NCBI GenBank assembly: GCA_050251055.1
Contig: JBFWNL010000004.1
Coordinates: forward strand, 288,001-352,000
DNA: 64,000 nucleotides
Direction: 5' to 3'
From: Bacteriovoracia bacterium
GTDB lineage: Bacteria; Bdellovibrionota; UBA1018; JBFWNL01
The position numbers were made by a program, and so were the translations under genes. Positions 8,980 to 19,091 of this stretch are shown here, in pieces (position 1 is the stretch's first letter; every line of letters begins with the position of its first letter). The notes beneath the pieces are model-generated. The model searched no databases, was not told the origin of the DNA, and worked only from the letters and a program-made list of their open reading frames with translations.

Positions 8980-9801
8980 ATGAAGAATATGAAATACTTG
9001 ATGGCTCTGGGTGTGTGCGTTGCATTCTCGAACGTGGCGACGGCCGCGGTCGTGGCGGAGATCAACAACAAGCAAATCACCCTCGATTACTTCAACGAGA
9101 AGTATCAAGAGAGCGTGAAGTTCTACCAATACAACCCGCCCACGAAGGCGAACGTGCTCGACGAAATCATCAAGCGCGAGCTCGGCATCCAAGAAGCCGT
9201 GAAGATGGGCCTCGATAAGGATCCGGAAGTGATCGACCGGATGCAGACCGTGCTCTACCGCGCCCTGCTGGATCGGCGCCTCGGCAAGGAGATGGAAAAG
9301 ATCGAAGTCACCGATGGGGAAGCCAAGAGCTTCTACGATAAGAATCCGGAAATCCGCACCAGCCATATTTTCATCGCGCTCGCGCCGAACGCGACGCCCG
9401 CGCAGGAAAAAGAAGCCCGCGCGCGCCTGCAGGATATCAAAACTAAGTTCCTGGACCCGGGCAAGATGAGCTTCGCCGAAGTGGCCCAACGTTACTCGCA
9501 AGGCAGCGCGGCCCCGATGGGCGGCGACCTGGATTACCAGACCAAGGACAAGCTCGATCCCAAATACTACGAAACCGCCGTGGCCCTCAGGAATCCGGGC
9601 GCCGTCAGCGGAATCGTACGCACTCGCTTTGGTCTGCACATCATCAAGCTCACCGCCGTCCGCAAGTGGAACGACGCCGACAAGGCGAAATTCAAGCGCC
9701 TGGTATTCGAAGAACAACGCACCGAGATCTTCGAGAAGTTCATGAAGAGCTTGCGCGGCAAGTCCAAGGTCTCGGTTAACGCCGCGTTAATCAAAGAATA
9801 A
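8980..9801 (+). CDS. Periplasmic parvulin/PpiC-type peptidyl-prolyl isomerase
   Basis: Signal peptide; SHIFI, FAEVAQRYS, GGDLDY and TRFGLHIIK motifs. Confidence 0.9.
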   Translation: MKNMKYLMALGVCVAFSNVATAAVVAEINNKQITLDYFNEKYQESVKFYQYNPPTKANVLDEIIKRELGIQEAVKMGLDKDPEVIDRMQTVLYRALLDRRLGKEMEKIEVTDGEAKSFYDKNPEIRTSHIFIALAPNATPAQEKEARARLQDIKTKFLDPGKMSFAEVAQRYSQGSAAPMGGDLDYQTKDKLDPKYYETAVALRNPGAVSGIVRTRFGLHIIKLTAVRKWNDADKAKFKRLVFEEQRTEIFEKFMKSLRGKSKVSVNAALIKE

Positions 9802-9841
9802 GCTCGCAAAAGTGCGGGAAATCACGGTAGATTAGCGGCAA

Positions 9842-10822
9842 ATGCGCCGCTTAATCTCGTTTGCCCCGTTGTCGCTCGCAACCCTAATGATCGCCGGTTT
9901 TCCTTGCTCGGCGGCACATGCCAAGGGCGTCGTGCTGGACCGGCTCGAAGCCTCGGTCAATAACTCCCTCATCTTCCTCTCCGACGTCACCCAGTTCCGA
10001 AAAACGATCGCCTTACGCGGTCAGCTCGATCCCCTGTTCTCCGGATCTTCCTTCGCCAACTCGGCCGCGAGCGCATCCGATCACGACATCGTGCAGTTTC
10101 TCGTAGACGAGAAAGTCATCACCAGCCAATTCCCGGTGAAAGATCCCGAGGTCGAGCAGGAAATCAATTCCATCCAGGCGAACAACCGCATCTCGCGCGA
10201 CAACCTGAAGGCCGCGCTCCGTCAGCAAGGTTTCGCTTTCGAGGATTACTTCGAGCTGATCCGGGCCAGCATCAGCAAACGCGGACTGATCGAACGCGAC
10301 ATCCGCACCAAGGTGTTCATCTCCGACGACGACGTGAAGAATTACTTTTATAACCAGAATCCTTCCACTGGGAAGAACGTGTCGTACCGGATCAAGATCA
10401 TCACCGTGACCCCGGGCAACTATAAGACCCAAGCCGACGCCCGCAAGGCGATCCAAAAGGCACACGCGGCCGTTCAAGCGGGCGAGCCCTTCGAGGAAGT
10501 CGCCAAGCGCATCAGCGACGATCCGTCGTCGGCCACGGGTGGTGAGCTCGGCACGCTTTCCGAGGAAGAGATGTCCGCGCAGATCCGCAAGGAGATCAAG
10601 CCGCTGAAAGTCGGCCAAACCAGCGGAATCTTGGGTTCGGACTCCACGTCTTATTTCATCTTGAAGCTCGTCGATATTAAGTCGAGCCAAGACGACAAGC
10701 TGAACGCCCTGAAGGAGCAGCTCCGCGGGCAACTGGCCGCGAAGGAATACGCGCACCAAATCGAGCTCTGGATCCAGCGCGAGCGGCAAAAGGCCTTCAT
10801 CCACATCGCGCATGCCAAGTAA
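9842..10822 (+). CDS. surA: SurA-like periplasmic chaperone/PPIase
   Basis: LDRLEASVNNSLI (SurA N-terminus); FEEVAKRISDD..SATGGELG; lies upstream of pdxA. Confidence 0.8.
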   Translation: MRRLISFAPLSLATLMIAGFPCSAAHAKGVVLDRLEASVNNSLIFLSDVTQFRKTIALRGQLDPLFSGSSFANSAASASDHDIVQFLVDEKVITSQFPVKDPEVEQEINSIQANNRISRDNLKAALRQQGFAFEDYFELIRASISKRGLIERDIRTKVFISDDDVKNYFYNQNPSTGKNVSYRIKIITVTPGNYKTQADARKAIQKAHAAVQAGEPFEEVAKRISDDPSSATGGELGTLSEEEMSAQIRKEIKPLKVGQTSGILGSDSTSYFILKLVDIKSSQDDKLNALKEQLRGQLAAKEYAHQIELWIQRERQKAFIHIAHAK

Positions 10823-11846
10823 TCCACCCCTCCCTCCGGTGGTGTTGATCACCCCCGGCGATCCCAACGGGATCGGGCCGGAGGTCGTGGCCAAGGTTTT
10901 CCGAAAATCCAAATTCCCAAAGTCTGTCCGCTTCGTCTGCGTGGGGGCGGAGGCGCCGCTGAAAAAACTAAGGGTGAAATACCGTATCCCTGGCTCGCAC
11001 GCCGAACTGGGCGGCATCCGCCGCGCGAAACCCGGAACCCTTTGGCTCTTACCCACGCCCAACCCGCCGGCGGGATTTACACGTACCGCGAAAGCGGGTT
11101 TTCAGTCCGGGTGGTCTATCAGCGCGAGCGTGAAGCTCCTCCAGGCGGGTTCCGCCGATGCGCTCGTCACCGGTCCCATCAGCAAGGAAAACCTGCAGGC
11201 CGGGGGTTTTCCCTATCATGGCCACACCGACTTCTTGGCCGACCTCGCGCGGCCGAGCCCCGAAGCCCACGCGGTCGAGGTCACGATGATGTTGGCCAAT
11301 TCCCAACTTCGCGTCTCGCTCGTAACCGTCCATCAATCCTTGCGGCAGGTGCCCGATTCCCTCACGCGCGAGGGGATCGTACGCGCGGTAATGCAAACCT
11401 GGGAGCACCTCACGGGATTTTGCGGCATCTCGCGGCCCAAGATCGCCGTCACGGCACTCAATCCCCACGCGGGAGAAGCGGGCATCTTAGGTCGGGAAGA
11501 AATCGAGATCATCACTCCCGCGCTAGACGAACTCCGCGCGAAACTGGGAAGAAAATGCGAACTCACGGGCCCGCACCCGGCCGACACGCTGTTTGCGATG
11601 AACCAGCTCGCGAAACCCAAGGAACGGGTCGACGCGGTGGTTTGCATGTACCACGACCAGGGATTGATTCCGGTGAAGCTCTTGGATTTCCCGAATACGG
11701 TAAACCTTACCCTCGGGCTGCCCTTTATTCGCACCTCAGTGGATCACGGGACTGGTTTTGACATCGCCGGACGCGGAATAGCAGACCCTTCCAGTATGGA
11801 AAGCGCGATTTGGCTCGCGCTCGACATGATCCAAAAAAGTCGCTAA
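10812..11846 (+). CDS. pdxA: 4-hydroxythreonine-4-phosphate dehydrogenase
   Basis: GDPNGIGPE, GHTDFL, LNPHAGE, MYHDQGLIP and RTSVDHGTGFDIAG. Confidence 0.96.
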   Translation: MPSNPPLPPVVLITPGDPNGIGPEVVAKVFRKSKFPKSVRFVCVGAEAPLKKLRVKYRIPGSHAELGGIRRAKPGTLWLLPTPNPPAGFTRTAKAGFQSGWSISASVKLLQAGSADALVTGPISKENLQAGGFPYHGHTDFLADLARPSPEAHAVEVTMMLANSQLRVSLVTVHQSLRQVPDSLTREGIVRAVMQTWEHLTGFCGISRPKIAVTALNPHAGEAGILGREEIEIITPALDELRAKLGRKCELTGPHPADTLFAMNQLAKPKERVDAVVCMYHDQGLIPVKLLDFPNTVNLTLGLPFIRTSVDHGTGFDIAGRGIADPSSMESAIWLALDMIQKSR

Positions 11847-11884
11847 AAAGAACGGTTCATAAAACGTTTTTTGGAGCCACGCCT

Positions 11885-13300
11885 ATGAAAGTTAATGCTT
11901 CCATCTTCCGCGAGTACGACATCCGCGGCATCGCCGCCACCGACCTTTCGGCCGAGTTCGCCGAGAACCTGGGCCTCGCCTACGCGCGCTTCCTACGCGA
12001 GCAGCTGCCGCAGCAAAAGCAGTTCAACGTCTCCGTCGGCCGCGACTGCCGCCTCACCGGCGACCTATTGGCCAACGCGTTGATCTTGGGGATGCGCAAA
12101 GGCGGGCTCAACGTCGTATCCATCGGCGTATGCCCGACGCCGCTCACTTATTTCAGCCTCTTCGAGCTCAGCCTCGACGGGGGAATCATGGTGACGGGCT
12201 CGCACAACGCCTCCGAATACAACGGCTTTAAAATCTGCGTCGGCCGCTCCACCATCCATGGCGAGCAGATCCAAGTCCTCCGGAAGTACATGGAGCAGGG
12301 CACGCCACCCGCCGCGGAGATGGGGTCTTTCCGTGAAACCAATCTCATTCCAGAGTACATCGATTACGTCGCCGCGCGTTTCCCAGGTTTGCAAAAAAAG
12401 AAAATCGTCCTCGATGCCGGAAACGGTACCGCCAGCACGGTGGCACCGGAGCTCTTTAAGCGCTTGGGCGCGGACGTCGTTCCACTTTACTGCGAGCTCG
12501 ACGGCCGCTTCCCCAATCATCATCCGGACCCCACGGTCCCCGAAAACCTTCAAGACCTAATTGCCGCCGTGAAGCGGGAGAAAGCCGACTTCGGCGTGGG
12601 CTTCGACGGCGACTCGGACCGCATCGGGCTGGTCGACGAAAATGGGCGTATTGTCTACGGCGATGAGCTGATGATTATCTTTTCCCGGGACATCCTTAAA
12701 TCCATTCCCGGTTCCACGATCATCAGCGAAGTGAAGTGCAGTCACCGCTTGTATGAAGACATTGCTAAGCACGGCGGGAATCCCATCATGTGGAAAACCG
12801 GTCACTCCCTCATTAAATCCAAAATGAAGGAAACCAAGGCCGCCCTGGCCGGCGAGATGTCCGGGCATATTTTCTTCGCCGATCGTTATTTCGGCTTTGA
12901 TGACGCCATTTACGCGGCCGTACGGGTATTCGAGATCTCCTCAAAAACCAACCAGAAGATATCTTCGCTCATCTCCGACCTGCCCCAGGTCGTCGCCACC
13001 CCGGAAATCCGGGTGGACTGCGAAGAAGACCGGAAGTTCGCGCTCGTGGCGGAAACCAAGCGCCTATTGAGCCAGTCCTTCAAAACGATTGATATCGATG
13101 GCGTCCGGGTAAACTTCACCGGGGGCTGGGGCTTGGTGCGGGCTTCCAACACCTCGCCAGTGCTCGTGCTCCGCTTCGAGGCGCCCGACGAAGCCAAGAT
13201 GATAGAGTTCAAGACCACCGTTTACACCGCGCTCAACACGGCGGCCAAAACCGTGGGGCACCCCGCGATCTCCCAGGCCTCGGGAGCCCATGGCCACTGA
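11885..13300 (+). CDS. Phosphomannomutase/phosphoglucomutase (AlgC-like)
   Basis: [27 protein letters not shown] and RASNT motifs. Confidence 0.95.
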   Translation: MKVNASIFREYDIRGIAATDLSAEFAENLGLAYARFLREQLPQQKQFNVSVGRDCRLTGDLLANALILGMRKGGLNVVSIGVCPTPLTYFSLFELSLDGGIMVTGSHNASEYNGFKICVGRSTIHGEQIQVLRKYMEQGTPPAAEMGSFRETNLIPEYIDYVAARFPGLQKKKIVLDAGNGTASTVAPELFKRLGADVVPLYCELDGRFPNHHPDPTVPENLQDLIAAVKREKADFGVGFDGDSDRIGLVDENGRIVYGDELMIIFSRDILKSIPGSTIISEVKCSHRLYEDIAKHGGNPIMWKTGHSLIKSKMKETKAALAGEMSGHIFFADRYFGFDDAIYAAVRVFEISSKTNQKISSLISDLPQVVATPEIRVDCEEDRKFALVAETKRLLSQSFKTIDIDGVRVNFTGGWGLVRASNTSPVLVLRFEAPDEAKMIEFKTTVYTALNTAAKTVGHPAISQASGAHGH

Positions 13301-15866
13301 AAATCTCCAAAATGACGAGGCCATCGTCATCAAGGGGGCCAAGGTCCACAACCTAAAGAACGTGGACATCACGATCCCGCGGGGAACTTTCACCGTCATC
13401 ACCGGTCCTTCGGGTTCCGGGAAATCCTCGCTCGCATTCGACACCATTTACGCCGAAGGCCAGCGCCGCTACGTCGAGAGCCTCTCTGTATACGCCCGGC
13501 AATTCTTGGAGCAACTCGGCAAGCCCGATGTCGAATCCGTGTCGGGTTTGAGCCCGACCATCTCCATCGAACAGCGCACGACCAGCCTCAACCCGCGCTC
13601 CACCGTGGGCACGGTCACCGAGATCTATGATTATCTGCGCCTGCTGTACGCGCGCATTTCCAAGCCGTTTTGCTATAACTGCGGGAAACCCATTCAATCC
13701 CAGTCCCAACAACAGATCGTCGACACGATCCTGGCTTCCGACGAAAACACCAAGCTCGCCATCCTGGCGCCCGTGATCAAGGGCCGTAAAGGCGAGCACC
13801 AGAAGGAGATGCTGCAGCTTCGGCAGCGCGGTTTCGTGCGCGTCCGGATCGACGGCGAGATGAAGGATCTTTCGGAGGACTTCGTCGTCGATAAGAATAA
13901 AAAGCACGACATCGAGGTCTACGTCGATCGCCTCATCGTTAAAGGTGATCGGAGCCTGCTCTCCTCGCGCGTGAGCGACTCGGTCGAGCTCGCGTTAAAC
14001 CTCGGCGCCGGCGCATTGATTCTAGAAGCCCACGCAGGGGAAAAGAAGCACGACACCCTGCTCTCGGAGAAATTCGCCTGTACCGACTGCGGAATTAGTT
14101 ACCCCGAGCCCGAGCCCCGTACCTTTTCGTTCAATAGCCCCATGGGGGCATGCCCCCGTTGCGATGGACTCGGGTTTGACCCCGACTTCTTGTCCGAAGA
14201 GGCGGACGCGGACGCGGAGATCCCGGAAATCGTGGTGCCAAAAACACCACCCCCCTGCGTGGAGTGCTTGGGCACGCGCCTACGCAAGGAAAGCCGCTTT
14301 TACCGCCTGGGCAAACAAAGCATCGCCGATCTTTGCGATCTAGCGATTTTGGATCTGGGGAAATTTTTCCAGGACCTGAAGCTTAGCCAGCGGGAAACCC
14401 TGATTGGCGAGCGCATCGTAAAGGAAATCGCCGAACGCCTGCGGTTTTTGAATCGCGTGGGCGTGGGTTACTTGAGCCTGAACCGCTCCGCCCGTACGCT
14501 CTCGGGCGGGGAAGCCCAGCGGATTCGCCTGGCCACGCAAATCGGCAGCTCGCTCGTGGGTGTGATTTACATTTTAGACGAGCCCAGCATCGGCCTCCAC
14601 CCCCGCGATAACCACATGCTACTGGGCACGTTGACGGATTTAAAAAACCTCGGGAATACCGTGCTCGTCGTCGAACACGACCGCGAAACCATGGAAGCCG
14701 CCGACTGGATCGTCGACATGGGTCCTGGCGCCGGCACCAAAGGCGGCGAGGTCATCGCGGAAGGACCCTTGAAAGCCATCACGGGGAACAAGCAAAGCGT
14801 GACCGGGAAGTACCTCAAGGGGACGCTTGAAATTGCCGTACCACCGCAACGCCGCGCCTGGAGCAACCAAAAGGCCATTACCTTAAAAGGCGCCAGCGGG
14901 AATAACCTCAAAAACGTTTCCGCCACTTTTCCGTTGGGGGTGCTCACCTGTGTGACCGGTGTTTCGGGCAGCGGCAAGAGCACGCTGGTGATCGACACGC
15001 TCTACCGGCTCTTGCTCCAAAAGGTCTATAAGATCGACGCAAGCGACGTGAAGGTCGGCGGCGTGCAAGGACTCGAGCACATCGATAAGGTGATCGACAT
15101 CGACCAAAGCCCCATCGGCAAGACCCCACGCTCCAATCCATCCACCTACATCGGGCTATTTAGCCTCATTCGCGATCTCTTCGCCAATCTGCCGGATAGC
15201 CAAATCCGTGGTTATAAGCCGGGCCGTTTTTCCTTTAACGTGAAGGGCGGCCGCTGCGAAACGTGTGAGGGTGACGGCGTCACCAAGATTGAAATGCACT
15301 TCCTGCCGAACGTGTACGTGAAGTGCGATACTTGCCAGGGTAGGCGCTACAACCGAGAAACGCTCGAGATCCGCTACAAAGGGAAAAATATTTCAGACGT
15401 GCTTTCCATGACTGCGCTCGAGGCGCTCGAGTTCTTCGACGCCGTCCCACAAATCAAGTGGCGGTTAAGCGTACTCAACGACGTCGGCCTGTCCTACATC
15501 ACGCTCGGGCAAGCCGCGACGACCCTCTCGGGCGGAGAAGCCCAACGCATCAAGCTCGCCAAGGAGCTCTCCAAGCGCGCTACCGGAAAGACGGTTTATA
15601 TTCTCGACGAGCCGTCCACCGGCCTTCACTTCGACGACGTGAAAAAACTCATTCAGATCCTCCAGCAGCTCGTCGACCAGGGCAACACCGTGATCGTCAT
15701 CGAGCACAATCTCGACATCATCAAGGTCGCCGATCACGTCCTCGACATCGGACCCGAAGGGGGAGGCGCCGGGGGGCGGGTGGTCGCTACCGGCACTCCT
15801 GAGGAAGTCGCTGCGCATGAAAAGAGCGAAACGGGGCGTTTCTTGAAACCTTACCTAAAGGAATAA
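13290..15866 (+). CDS. uvrA: Excinuclease ABC subunit A (short form)
   Basis: Two Walker A motifs GSGKS, two LSGGEAQR signatures, zinc modules, FSFN motifs. Confidence 0.97.
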   Translation: MATENLQNDEAIVIKGAKVHNLKNVDITIPRGTFTVITGPSGSGKSSLAFDTIYAEGQRRYVESLSVYARQFLEQLGKPDVESVSGLSPTISIEQRTTSLNPRSTVGTVTEIYDYLRLLYARISKPFCYNCGKPIQSQSQQQIVDTILASDENTKLAILAPVIKGRKGEHQKEMLQLRQRGFVRVRIDGEMKDLSEDFVVDKNKKHDIEVYVDRLIVKGDRSLLSSRVSDSVELALNLGAGALILEAHAGEKKHDTLLSEKFACTDCGISYPEPEPRTFSFNSPMGACPRCDGLGFDPDFLSEEADADAEIPEIVVPKTPPPCVECLGTRLRKESRFYRLGKQSIADLCDLAILDLGKFFQDLKLSQRETLIGERIVKEIAERLRFLNRVGVGYLSLNRSARTLSGGEAQRIRLATQIGSSLVGVIYILDEPSIGLHPRDNHMLLGTLTDLKNLGNTVLVVEHDRETMEAADWIVDMGPGAGTKGGEVIAEGPLKAITGNKQSVTGKYLKGTLEIAVPPQRRAWSNQKAITLKGASGNNLKNVSATFPLGVLTCVTGVSGSGKSTLVIDTLYRLLLQKVYKIDASDVKVGGVQGLEHIDKVIDIDQSPIGKTPRSNPSTYIGLFSLIRDLFANLPDSQIRGYKPGRFSFNVKGGRCETCEGDGVTKIEMHFLPNVYVKCDTCQGRRYNRETLEIRYKGKNISDVLSMTALEALEFFDAVPQIKWRLSVLNDVGLSYITLGQAATTLSGGEAQRIKLAKELSKRATGKTVYILDEPSTGLHFDDVKKLIQILQQLVDQGNTVIVIEHNLDIIKVADHVLDIGPEGGGAGGRVVATGTPEEVAAHEKSETGRFLKPYLKE

Positions 15867-15983
15867 AGACAATAATTACAAATAGTTAATACGATTAAAA
15901 TATTTGTTGATTAATTAAGTCAAATAATTTAAACCCATCTTCGATCAGGGCATGAAGGGCAAACTTTATTTAAAGGAGTTCTC

Positions 15984-16682
15984 ATGTCTTCTATCTCTTA
16001 CGTTGGATTGTGTTTAACTCTGATCCTAAGTCTCACTTCCGCCTACGCCGGCGAGACCATCCATAAAAAGACCGTAGCCGAACGATTGATTCACTTCCTG
16101 GGAGACTATGAGCTCACTTCCCATCGCGCGGACTCCTACCATGCCGGCATCACTGAACAGGACGGCTGTCCCGTCGCCGTCCGCACCCTGATCGAAGAGG
16201 ATGAATTCGAGGGAAAATCTCGCACGAATATTCGCTTAATTGCCATCGACCCAAAAACCAGGGAACGCGACATGCTTGCGTTCATCTCCGATTCGATGAC
16301 CATTCGCGGCGTCGGTGAGCCTACTACCATTTCAAAGGTATGGTTTTCCAGCCCAGGTCCGATCGACGCGGCTTTCGGTAACGGACGCCACGAGCTTCTG
16401 CCGACACTGATGAAAATCGAACGCTCGTGCTCTTTGTCTCCGGACGATAAGACCATCACTCTCGCGCAAAAGACGAGTGCGACTTATAGAATCGGCACCG
16501 AGAAATTCAGCATTCCGGCTTGGAGCCAAGGCTCTGAAAGCGTGCTCACCACCCTCACCGAAGAAAACCAAGTGATGACTTTTAACCTATCTTTCCCCAA
16601 GGAGAAGAAGGGAAGGGTGCTCGTCCACGAATGCGTTTACAAGCGGCTTCCCGAACTCGCTAAGGACTCCGCCGAAAAATAG
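15984..16682 (+). CDS. Hypothetical secreted protein
   Basis: AAGGAG RBS; signal peptide ending in AYA; AT-rich upstream region; no family recognised. Confidence 0.75.
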   Translation: MSSISYVGLCLTLILSLTSAYAGETIHKKTVAERLIHFLGDYELTSHRADSYHAGITEQDGCPVAVRTLIEEDEFEGKSRTNIRLIAIDPKTRERDMLAFISDSMTIRGVGEPTTISKVWFSSPGPIDAAFGNGRHELLPTLMKIERSCSLSPDDKTITLAQKTSATYRIGTEKFSIPAWSQGSESVLTTLTEENQVMTFNLSFPKEKKGRVLVHECVYKRLPELAKDSAEK

Positions 16683-16714
16683 CCTTTTGGCAGACGGCTA
16701 GATATCTAGAAATA

Positions 16715-16750
16715 AAAAGCCCGCCCCGGCTTACGCTAGGGCGGGCTTTT
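16715..16750. terminator. Bidirectional intrinsic terminator between the convergent hypothetical gene and atpE
   Basis: AAAAGCCCGCCC-N12-GGGCGGGCTTTT. Confidence 0.88.
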
Positions 16751-16789
16751 AGAATTTCGATCCGTTCTGATCGACGTCGTTAAGGACGA

Positions 16790-17104
16790 TTAGTACTTAA
16801 TGAGCGCGATGATGAACGAGAAAATCACGAGGGACTCGGTGAGCGCCATCGCGATAATCATGGGGCCTTGGAGGTTGGCTTGCGGGTTGCGAGCCATGCC
16901 TTCGAGAGCGGCCGAAGCGGAACGGCCTTGGCCGAGACCGCAGCCGAAAGCGGCGAGGCCGATGGCCAAAGCGGCGCCCAGGGCTCCGATGCCTTCCTTC
17001 GCGCCGGCGGCGGGAGCGTCGTTTGCCATGGCAACCGACGAAACCATCATCGCCAAGCAAGCAACCGTAAACAGGACCGACTTTTTGTTTTTCAAGAAGT
17101 TCAT
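16790..17104 (-). CDS. atpE: ATP synthase F0 subunit c with N-terminal leader
   Basis: GLAAFGCGLGQG, ARNP loop, LTESL carboxylate. Confidence 0.95.
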   Translation of the reverse strand: MNFLKNKKSVLFTVACLAMMVSSVAMANDAPAAGAKEGIGALGAALAIGLAAFGCGLGQGRSASAALEGMARNPQANLQGPMIIAMALTESLVIFSFIIALIKY

Positions 17105-17117
17105 GAGATACCCTTTC

Positions 17118-17831
17118 TTAATGATCATGAGCCGTTGATAACGAAATATAGACCATTGTCAATATCGTAAAGACAAAGGCCTGGATGAAACAGACGAACG
17201 CGCCCAACCCGTAGAAGATCGTTGGAACGATATACGGGGTGAGTTCGCTGAAGACCGACAACACCATGTGGTCGCCGAAAATGTTCCCGCGCAGACGCAG
17301 TCCGAGCGAGATCGGGCGCACAAAGTGCGAGATCACTTCGATCAAGAAGATCATGGGGGCGATCCACCAGACCGGGCCCATGAAGTGCTTGAGATAAGCC
17401 ATGCCGTTTTCCTTGAAACCCAGGTAATTGTAATAAACGAAAACGATCGTGCCCAAAGCGACGGTCGTGTTCAGGTCATCCGTCGGCGGACGAAAACCGG
17501 GCAACAGGCCAAGGAGATTCGAAATGAAGATGAAGAGAAACAAGCTGCCGATGAAGGGATAGAAGCGTTTCGTCTGGTGCTCGCCCAAAATGCCCTCGGC
17601 GAATGAGTAAAGCTTCTCGGCCATGATTTCGAAGAAATTCAAAAAAGTCCAACGCGGCGCCGGGACCAATCCGCCGTCGACAGATTGCATCGACCGCTTC
17701 AGCTGCAGACGAGCGATCCAGGTCACGGCGATCAGCATCACACCCACGAAGAGCGCGGACACGACGTGAATCGGAAGTCCCGCTAGAAATGGGATTTGGT
17801 GAAACCAAAGAAATCCATGATTGTCATGCAT
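17118..17831 (-). CDS. atpB: ATP synthase F0 subunit a
   Basis: SNLLGLLPG, RPISLGLRL.GN and IQAFVFTILTMVY. Confidence 0.96.
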   Translation of the reverse strand: MHDNHGFLWFHQIPFLAGLPIHVVSALFVGVMLIAVTWIARLQLKRSMQSVDGGLVPAPRWTFLNFFEIMAEKLYSFAEGILGEHQTKRFYPFIGSLFLFIFISNLLGLLPGFRPPTDDLNTTVALGTIVFVYYNYLGFKENGMAYLKHFMGPVWWIAPMIFLIEVISHFVRPISLGLRLRGNIFGDHMVLSVFSELTPYIVPTIFYGLGAFVCFIQAFVFTILTMVYISLSTAHDH

Positions 17832-17837
17832 TCGCGA

Positions 17838-18251
17838 CTAACCTCGACGTACCTTACCCAACCACAACAGCCCTACCGCTCCGAAAAGGGGCACGACTAT
17901 CAGAGTCACCAGACCGATCGAAACCGCGGCAACTGGGATGTTTTTCTTCAGAAAAACGGATGTGCCAATACCTACTAGACAAGCTATTTTTAAGAAACCC
18001 CAAAATACCCAAGTTCTTCGATTTTCCTCGTTCCGCTCGGTCATTAAGAGCGCGGTCTTAAAAAGCAAAAACAGATTCAGAACGCTCAACCCCCAGTACA
18101 GGAAGAACCAACCGTAGTTTCCGGTGGCGGTCGCCTCTAAAATTTCTGTGAGAAAAACCCCGATCGGCACCCAGGCCAAGGCTACGAAACCGAAAACTTT
18201 GAAAACTTGGGAAGCGGTGAAGCCCCCCATCGACGGCGGGGGAGAGTTCAT
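17838..18251 (-). CDS. AtpI-like membrane protein
   Basis: 4 hydrophobic segments; immediately upstream of atpB. Confidence 0.6.
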   Translation of the reverse strand: MNSPPPSMGGFTASQVFKVFGFVALAWVPIGVFLTEILEATATGNYGWFFLYWGLSVLNLFLLFKTALLMTERNEENRRTWVFWGFLKIACLVGIGTSVFLKKNIPVAAVSIGLVTLIVVPLFGAVGLLWLGKVRRG

Positions 18252-19069
18252 TTTTTCTGAGTTTTTCTGGAGTTACGCATGGATACACGCTGTTTAAGGC
18301 GCGCGAGCTTAGTTTCTATTACCTGAGTAGATGGGTATTCTTTTAGAAGCTCTTCGTATCGGGGAAGAGCTTCTTCCAGCAGGTTTTGTTCTTCCATGCA
18401 GTTGGCGATACCGAATCGCGCGAAGGTCGCCAAGTCGCTCTGCGGATACTTTTCCAAAAAAGCCTCGTAGGCATCGATCGCGTGTTGGTAGGCGTCCGCG
18501 CCATCTTGGGCCCGATCGCCCATCGTAAAGTAAGTCACGCCGAGCTCGTAGGCTGACTTCTCGGCGTAGTTTGAACCGCCGTAGCGGCTGATGATTTCCT
18601 GGTAGGTCTCGATCGCTTTCTCAAAGTCCCAAAGAAAAAACTGGCTCTTGGCAATCCTGTACAAAAACTCGGGCGCCTCCGGCGCATAAGGCTTCTTACG
18701 CAAGAGCGCCTGGTAATGAGTAAGCGCGGTTTCGTAATGATTTAGTTTTAAGAAAAGAATTTCCCCAATGGCTTTATTCGCCGACCAGGCGCTCACGTCC
18801 TCGCCGCCGATGTCGATGTAGGTTCGGAATTTTTTTATCGCGTCGTTGTACTCGGCCAAAAAGAGATTTTGAGTCATCGCCGCCCGGAAAAGCGCCTGCA
18901 GCCCGAGCTTGCCCTTAGGGTCGCGCGAATAAACCTGTTCGAACTCGGCGACCGCGGCTGAATATTTCCCATTCTCCCACAGGTTTTCGGCCAAGATATA
19001 ACGGCGTTTGGTGTTGTCGATCGTACACGCCGCGACGAGGACCATGCCCATGGAAAGGGCGATTCCCAT
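18248..19069 (-). CDS. TPR-repeat lipoprotein (BamD/CpoB-like)
   Basis: Lipobox LVAAC; repeated A...Y..L...YP TPR motifs. Confidence 0.85.
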   Translation of the reverse strand: MGIALSMGMVLVAACTIDNTKRRYILAENLWENGKYSAAVAEFEQVYSRDPKGKLGLQALFRAAMTQNLFLAEYNDAIKKFRTYIDIGGEDVSAWSANKAIGEILFLKLNHYETALTHYQALLRKKPYAPEAPEFLYRIAKSQFFLWDFEKAIETYQEIISRYGGSNYAEKSAYELGVTYFTMGDRAQDGADAYQHAIDAYEAFLEKYPQSDLATFARFGIANCMEEQNLLEEALPRYEELLKEYPSTQVIETKLARLKQRVSMRNSRKTQKK

Positions 19070-19091
19070 TCGAGTTCGCGCCGTACGCCGC

